Assembly (NCBI GenBank): GCA_963663225.1
Contig: OY760142.1
Coordinates: 2,208,001-2,272,000 of the forward strand
Direction of reading: 5' to 3'
Length of the DNA stretch: 64,000 nucleotides
Source: Nitrospirota bacterium
GTDB taxonomy: Bacteria; Nitrospirota; UBA9217
Shown here: piece after piece, positions 60,083 through 64,000 of the stretch
Numbering within the stretch: position 1 is the stretch's first letter
Layout of the letters: each line of letters opens with the position of its first letter
Notes under the pieces: generated by a model
Seen by the model: the letters and a program-made list of their open reading frames with translations, nothing else
Database searches by the model: none
Told to the model about the DNA's origin: nothing
Made by a program: the position numbers and the translations under genes

Positions 60083-60388
60083 ATGAAGATTGAATGTTAC
60101 CTATCACAAGGTTGCTCTTCTCTTGAAGAGCTAAAAGCAAATATCGAACAGGCGCTTAACATGTCCGGTATTAAAGCGGAGATGTATTATTATCAAATAG
60201 GCGATGAAGAAGCCGCCGAATTAAAACTGGCCGGTTCTCCAACGGTCTTGATAGACGGCAAAGACATTGCCCCGGGTGCAGCGCCGGGATTTTCCTGAAG
60301 AACATACCGTGACGAGTCTGGCAGGCTCGGCAATGTTCCTACGGTTGAAATGCTTTTAAAAGCACTTCTTGTTAGCAAAAAGCAATGA
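60083..60388 (+). CDS. Thioredoxin-fold (DUF2703-like) putative selenoprotein, 101 aa (UGA 60296-60298)
   Basis: MKIECYLSQGC..GSPTVLIDGKD..PGFS-U-RTYRDESGRLGNVPTVEML; the family has an SCRxY motif at this position; hairpin at 60313-60329. Confidence 0.82.
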
Positions 60389-61034
60389 AGTGAGCAGCGA
60401 ATCTCGGTGTCCCATAACTGCTTTATAGTAGAGCAGAGACATCATAAGTTGATCGGCATCAGCAAGGCCCAAGACGTAGTTTGTACATGATACAAATCGT
60501 ATTTAATGATACTTGCGCGTGATCAAAATTGCGGAAAAGCAGGTGAAGTCCGTATCGCATCTTTTTGAATTACAGTGTATTATACGCAGTTTGTAAATAA
60601 GCTACAAGCTGAGTAACTGATTCGTGAAGCGAGTAATGGTTGAAAATTGCAACAAGCAAGCCGGCGACAAGGCAGCCTCCTGCGACCAATCCGAGAAATC
60701 GCGCAATCATCAGCATCATTTGAACATACAGTACCATCATACTAGTGTCCTCCTTGCCGGTCGAATATGCGTTTTTTGTTGTTGACCGGTGTGTGCTCCA
60801 GCATTTGTTATTTCACTGTTGATTAAAACATACGTCCTTTGGTCTTCTTTGTAAATGTGGAAGATACTGATGATGTCTCAGGTAAATCCGAAAGCTGTCC
60901 AAAAAAAATTTTATTGGGATCAGAAATGAGGATTGAGCAATGGAAATAGACTACAATGTAACGCGGGAGGAGGGCCTCATGTATTTTCGTTAGAATGAGG
61001 ACCGTGAGGGATGCGTGAAAATCGGGCATTCTCA

Positions 61035-61064
61035 TTGACAGCCCGGAAACAATTGTGATATAGT
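61035..61064 (+). promoter_or_regulatory. Sigma-70 promoter of bamD
   Basis: TTGACA-N18-TATAGT with TGn extended -10. Confidence 0.55.
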
Positions 61065-61104
61065 GCAACGGCTTGAGCAGGATTTTCCCCTCGCCATGAC
61101 CTCT

Positions 61105-61839
61105 ATGAAAAAACTATTCATTATAATAATATTGCTGGCGCTTTTTGCCGGATGCGCTCCGAAAGAACCGCCTTTCAATGCTGCAGCCACGTTCAGCAAG
61201 GGCGAAGAAAACATGCAGAGTGGAGAATTTGAAGACGCGCGCAAAGAGTACCAGGCAATCCAGGAAAAATCACCGGACAGAACCTATGATCCCGTGTTGA
61301 TGCTCAGGATCGCGGATACCTATTTCGGGGAAAAAAATTACAGCGAGGCGCAGGTCGAATATCAGGCTTTTCTCAATTATCATCCCGTGCACAAGGACGC
61401 TGCGTACGCCCAGTTCCAGATTGCCATGTGCAGCTACAGGGAATTGACCAGCATTGACCGTGATCCGGTGCTCAACCAGATTGTGATCAGGGAACTGCGC
61501 AAGCTGAAGGAAAAATATCCACGGAGCAGCTACTCGGAGGACGCGGACACCTATATTGCAAACTGTCTTGACCGCCTTGCGCAGCATGAGTTTTACGTTG
61601 CGAAGTTTTATTACAAGAAGGACGCTTACAAGGCGGCAGCAGGCAGATGTGAAAAGATATTGAAATCCTACCCTGCGTCGTCCGTTGAAAAGGACGCGCT
61701 TTATTATGCTGGTTTGGCCTATGCGGAACTGGGAGAACGGGACCAGGCACGCGTCAAGTTCGAGGCGCTCGCGCAACAGTATCCTGAAATGAAGAAGACC
61801 GCTCAGAGCCACCTGCACAAACTTCAGCAAAATCCTTGA
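61105..61839 (+). CDS. bamD: Outer membrane protein assembly factor BamD
   Basis: Lipobox FAGC; TPRs; YQAFLNYHP, AYAQFQIAMC, SIDRD, LAQHEFYVAKFYY. Confidence 0.88.
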   Translation: MKKLFIIIILLALFAGCAPKEPPFNAAATFSKGEENMQSGEFEDARKEYQAIQEKSPDRTYDPVLMLRIADTYFGEKNYSEAQVEYQAFLNYHPVHKDAAYAQFQIAMCSYRELTSIDRDPVLNQIVIRELRKLKEKYPRSSYSEDADTYIANCLDRLAQHEFYVAKFYYKKDAYKAAAGRCEKILKSYPASSVEKDALYYAGLAYAELGERDQARVKFEALAQQYPEMKKTAQSHLHKLQQNP

Positions 61840-61852
61840 AGTCCGGTCAGAT

Positions 61853-63532
61853 TCATTTTCTCAAGCCATTTTCCCCCTTATTATTATCAATTTCCCGCTG
61901 CAACAGAGTGTACATTTCTTTTGTGCGACTGCCCGGCTTTGCCGGGCGTTTTTGCTCCCATACAACCTGCCATTCGGGGCCGATCGGCGGTTCCACCTTT
62001 GTGCGGCCGCTTACTGCCAGCACGAGATCACAGTCAGAGACGCCGTTTCGTTCAATCCGACGGGGAATCACTCCGGCATAGTATTCAAGAAGAGCGCGTT
62101 CCGACTCGCCGAGCCCCCAGGACATAATGGATTGGCAGTGCGGCGGGATTTTCTCCTTGAGCGATGTGAACATTGCGCGGTATCCTGATCCGGATTCAAA
62201 CCAGGGAAGCCAGAGGGTCATGAGCAGTCCCCAGACCAGCACGATTCCTGAGGTCCAGGCGGCAAGATAGGAATGATTGTATCGCAACGAACGCGCGGCA
62301 ACAAACAGCCAGAGTGCGGTATACAGACAGGCAACAATGAAATGCAGTCCGATAAACACAGGTACGTAGTCAGGCTGCTGCGAATAGAGACGATTGGCAA
62401 AAGAAGGGGGAAAACCGCTGAGCATCGAGATCCACCCGGCCCAGAGCAGGCAGGTGGCTGCCCCGAATAAGCAGAGAACGGCCCATGTGAGCACTTTTTC
62501 CATGCGAGGAGAAACAGAAGCCGTGCCTGCCGCGGCGAGCAGCGCCAGAGGCAGCAACATGGGGAGCGCGTAGATGTCCCGTATGCTGGACGCGAAACTG
62601 AGAACAATAAGCATTACCAGGAACGCGGTGAGTGAAAGCTGTACTCCTGCGTGCTCACGCCAGGAACGCCGGTTGCTCCAGACAGCCCAGAGCGCAAGAG
62701 GCAGGCTGGGCAGCGCGAAATAGGGGAGTTGGGTCAGATAATACGCCGGTGAATGCCTTTGTCCCACAAGAGAGTTGGTCAGGAACCGGCCGATGTTCTG
62801 CGTCCAGAACCACTCATGAAACAGTTCCGGTGAACGCAGATATAATGCCAGCGGCCACGTTATAAACCAGGGGAGTGAAGCGGCAAGGGCGATGCCCAAT
62901 GCCTGAGCATAGCTTTTTGTGCGCCATGTGTCGAAAACAACCGGTAGAACAAGCGCAACAATGCCGAGCATGCCGGGTGCGAGCAGTCCCTTGGACATAA
63001 AGCCGATGCCCGCTCCCGTTCCGATCAGAATTCCCCCCCATGCGGATTTCCGTCTGCTCACGGCAAAACCGTACAGGGCAATGGAAATGCCCGCAAGCAT
63101 GGCAATGTCCGTGATCAGTTTATGTGCGGTTTCCTGCAGGCCTGCGCTCCCGATCAGAATGATTATGGTGATTCCGAAGAAACCTTTCCCCAGAAGTTCC
63201 CGCGCGGCAAGGCCCAGAAAGAGCGCACACAGGAGCATGTAAAAAGCAGTGGCAAGCCGGGAAGCGTCGTGGGGGGCCAGGCTGGGAGAGAATAGCCGGA
63301 CGAAGCCTGCCGCCGTGATATATAAAAGCGGCGGTTTTTCCATGAATGGTTCTCCCGCAAGGGTGGGAACGACCCAGTCGCCTGTTTTGACGATATGGTT
63401 CACCATGCCGAAGCTGTACGGTTCATCGGCTTTCCAGAGATCGCGTCCCACGAGGCCGGGTGTGATCCATAAAAGAAAGAAAATAAGCACGATGCTGATC
63501 GGTATGGTTTTTTTGACTGTGCTGGAGGTCAT
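61853..63532 (-). CDS. ArnT-like (GT39/GT83) membrane glycosyltransferase
   Basis: LWKADEPY, GDWVVPTLAGEPFMEKPPL, FMSKG, many TM segments. Confidence 0.88.
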   Translation of the reverse strand: MTSSTVKKTIPISIVLIFFLLWITPGLVGRDLWKADEPYSFGMVNHIVKTGDWVVPTLAGEPFMEKPPLLYITAAGFVRLFSPSLAPHDASRLATAFYMLLCALFLGLAARELLGKGFFGITIIILIGSAGLQETAHKLITDIAMLAGISIALYGFAVSRRKSAWGGILIGTGAGIGFMSKGLLAPGMLGIVALVLPVVFDTWRTKSYAQALGIALAASLPWFITWPLALYLRSPELFHEWFWTQNIGRFLTNSLVGQRHSPAYYLTQLPYFALPSLPLALWAVWSNRRSWREHAGVQLSLTAFLVMLIVLSFASSIRDIYALPMLLPLALLAAAGTASVSPRMEKVLTWAVLCLFGAATCLLWAGWISMLSGFPPSFANRLYSQQPDYVPVFIGLHFIVACLYTALWLFVAARSLRYNHSYLAAWTSGIVLVWGLLMTLWLPWFESGSGYRAMFTSLKEKIPPHCQSIMSWGLGESERALLEYYAGVIPRRIERNGVSDCDLVLAVSGRTKVEPPIGPEWQVVWEQKRPAKPGSRTKEMYTLLQREIDNNKGENGLRK

Positions 63533-63738
63533 ATTTTTTGATTAGAGGTAGAGCGCAACCCAGGATAGGTTGCCTGATTTAATTCAAAACTATACCCGAA
63601 TTTTTAAAGTGGTTCAAGCTTATAATGGCCGGGTGCGGCCTGCTGGTTAAAAAGAAAAGCCCACCTGCTGCAAGCAGGTCGCTTGTTTGCTAAGGTTCAT
63701 TGTGTCAGAGAATCAGAAAGGGATCACACTCATGATGA

Positions 63739-64000
63739 TTATTTTGAGAATGATCGGAACAGATTTTGATCCAACCAGTCTTCAAGCACAATATTCTGGC
63801 GGGGAGCACCGTCGAAACGGTTGATCTGGACGCCGTTGTGGTAGAGTATGAATGTTGGCGTTGCTTTAATGGTAAATCGGCGGGAAAGATCCGGTTCCGC
63901 GTCCACATCGATTTTAATGATTTTGAGGCGTCCGGCGCGTTTTTTCGCGAGTTCTGTTATAAACGGCTCCATCATTCGGCAGTAGCCGCACCATTTTGCC
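63739..64000 (-). CDS. Thioredoxin (5' truncated by window edge)
   Basis: Minus strand reads AKWCGYCRMMEP..KIDVD..ATPTF. Confidence 0.88.
   Translation of the reverse strand, partial: AKWCGYCRMMEPFITELAKKRAGRLKIIKIDVDAEPDLSRRFTIKATPTFILYHNGVQINRFDGAPRQNIVLEDWLDQNLFRSFSK

Noticed and set aside
57850-60388. Alternative genetic code (UGA=Trp/Gly) as the explanation for the in-frame UGAs
   Set aside because: Many intact genes here end at UGA exactly where their families end (e.g. 12193, 46661, 49668), and Trp is encoded by TGG, so read-through is site-specific.
49780-60400. Integrative element or prophage at tRNA-Leu
   Set aside because: No integrase, phage structural genes or repeat of the tRNA 3' end seen in the window.
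60389-61068. Long intergenic region and the 81-aa minus ORF 60823-61068
   Set aside because: No recognisable ncRNA or protein motif; the ORF overlaps the bamD promoter.
1-64000. CRISPR array, rRNA, transposases
   Set aside because: No regularly spaced repeats, rRNA signatures or DDE/HUH transposase ORFs recognised.

Overview
Bacterial chromosome window with standard genetic code (UGA is the normal stop of many genes). The glyQ-glyS-ppdK order, sigma-54 regulation and diderm envelope genes suggest a Nitrospirota/Deltaproteobacteria-like anaerobe; this is an inference. Core genes (thiM, rsgA, glyQS, ppdK, rlmN, dtd, tRNA-Leu(CAG), bamD, thioredoxin) alternate with visibly AT-richer accessory blocks: a sigma-54/PrpR-like regulated LeuCD-like hydratase plus 2-hydroxycarboxylate transporter cluster flanked by a 70-bp duplicated gene end, an envelope-protein block (14-27 kb), and a lipoprotein block after the tRNA. 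The main finding is at 57.2-60.4 kb. An ArsR-led operon that the ORF track shows as fragments resolves into four consecutive genes with five in-frame UGA codons, each followed by a SECIS-like stem-loop. This points to a selenoprotein-dense, probably metal(loid)-handling system: an unknown UxxxC protein, a MerT-like CU membrane protein, a DUF5714-DUF2284-like fusion with two Sec, and a thioredoxin-fold Sec protein. No integrase, transposase, CRISPR array or rRNA was recognised. Family calls come from motif recognition by eye, not from database searches.
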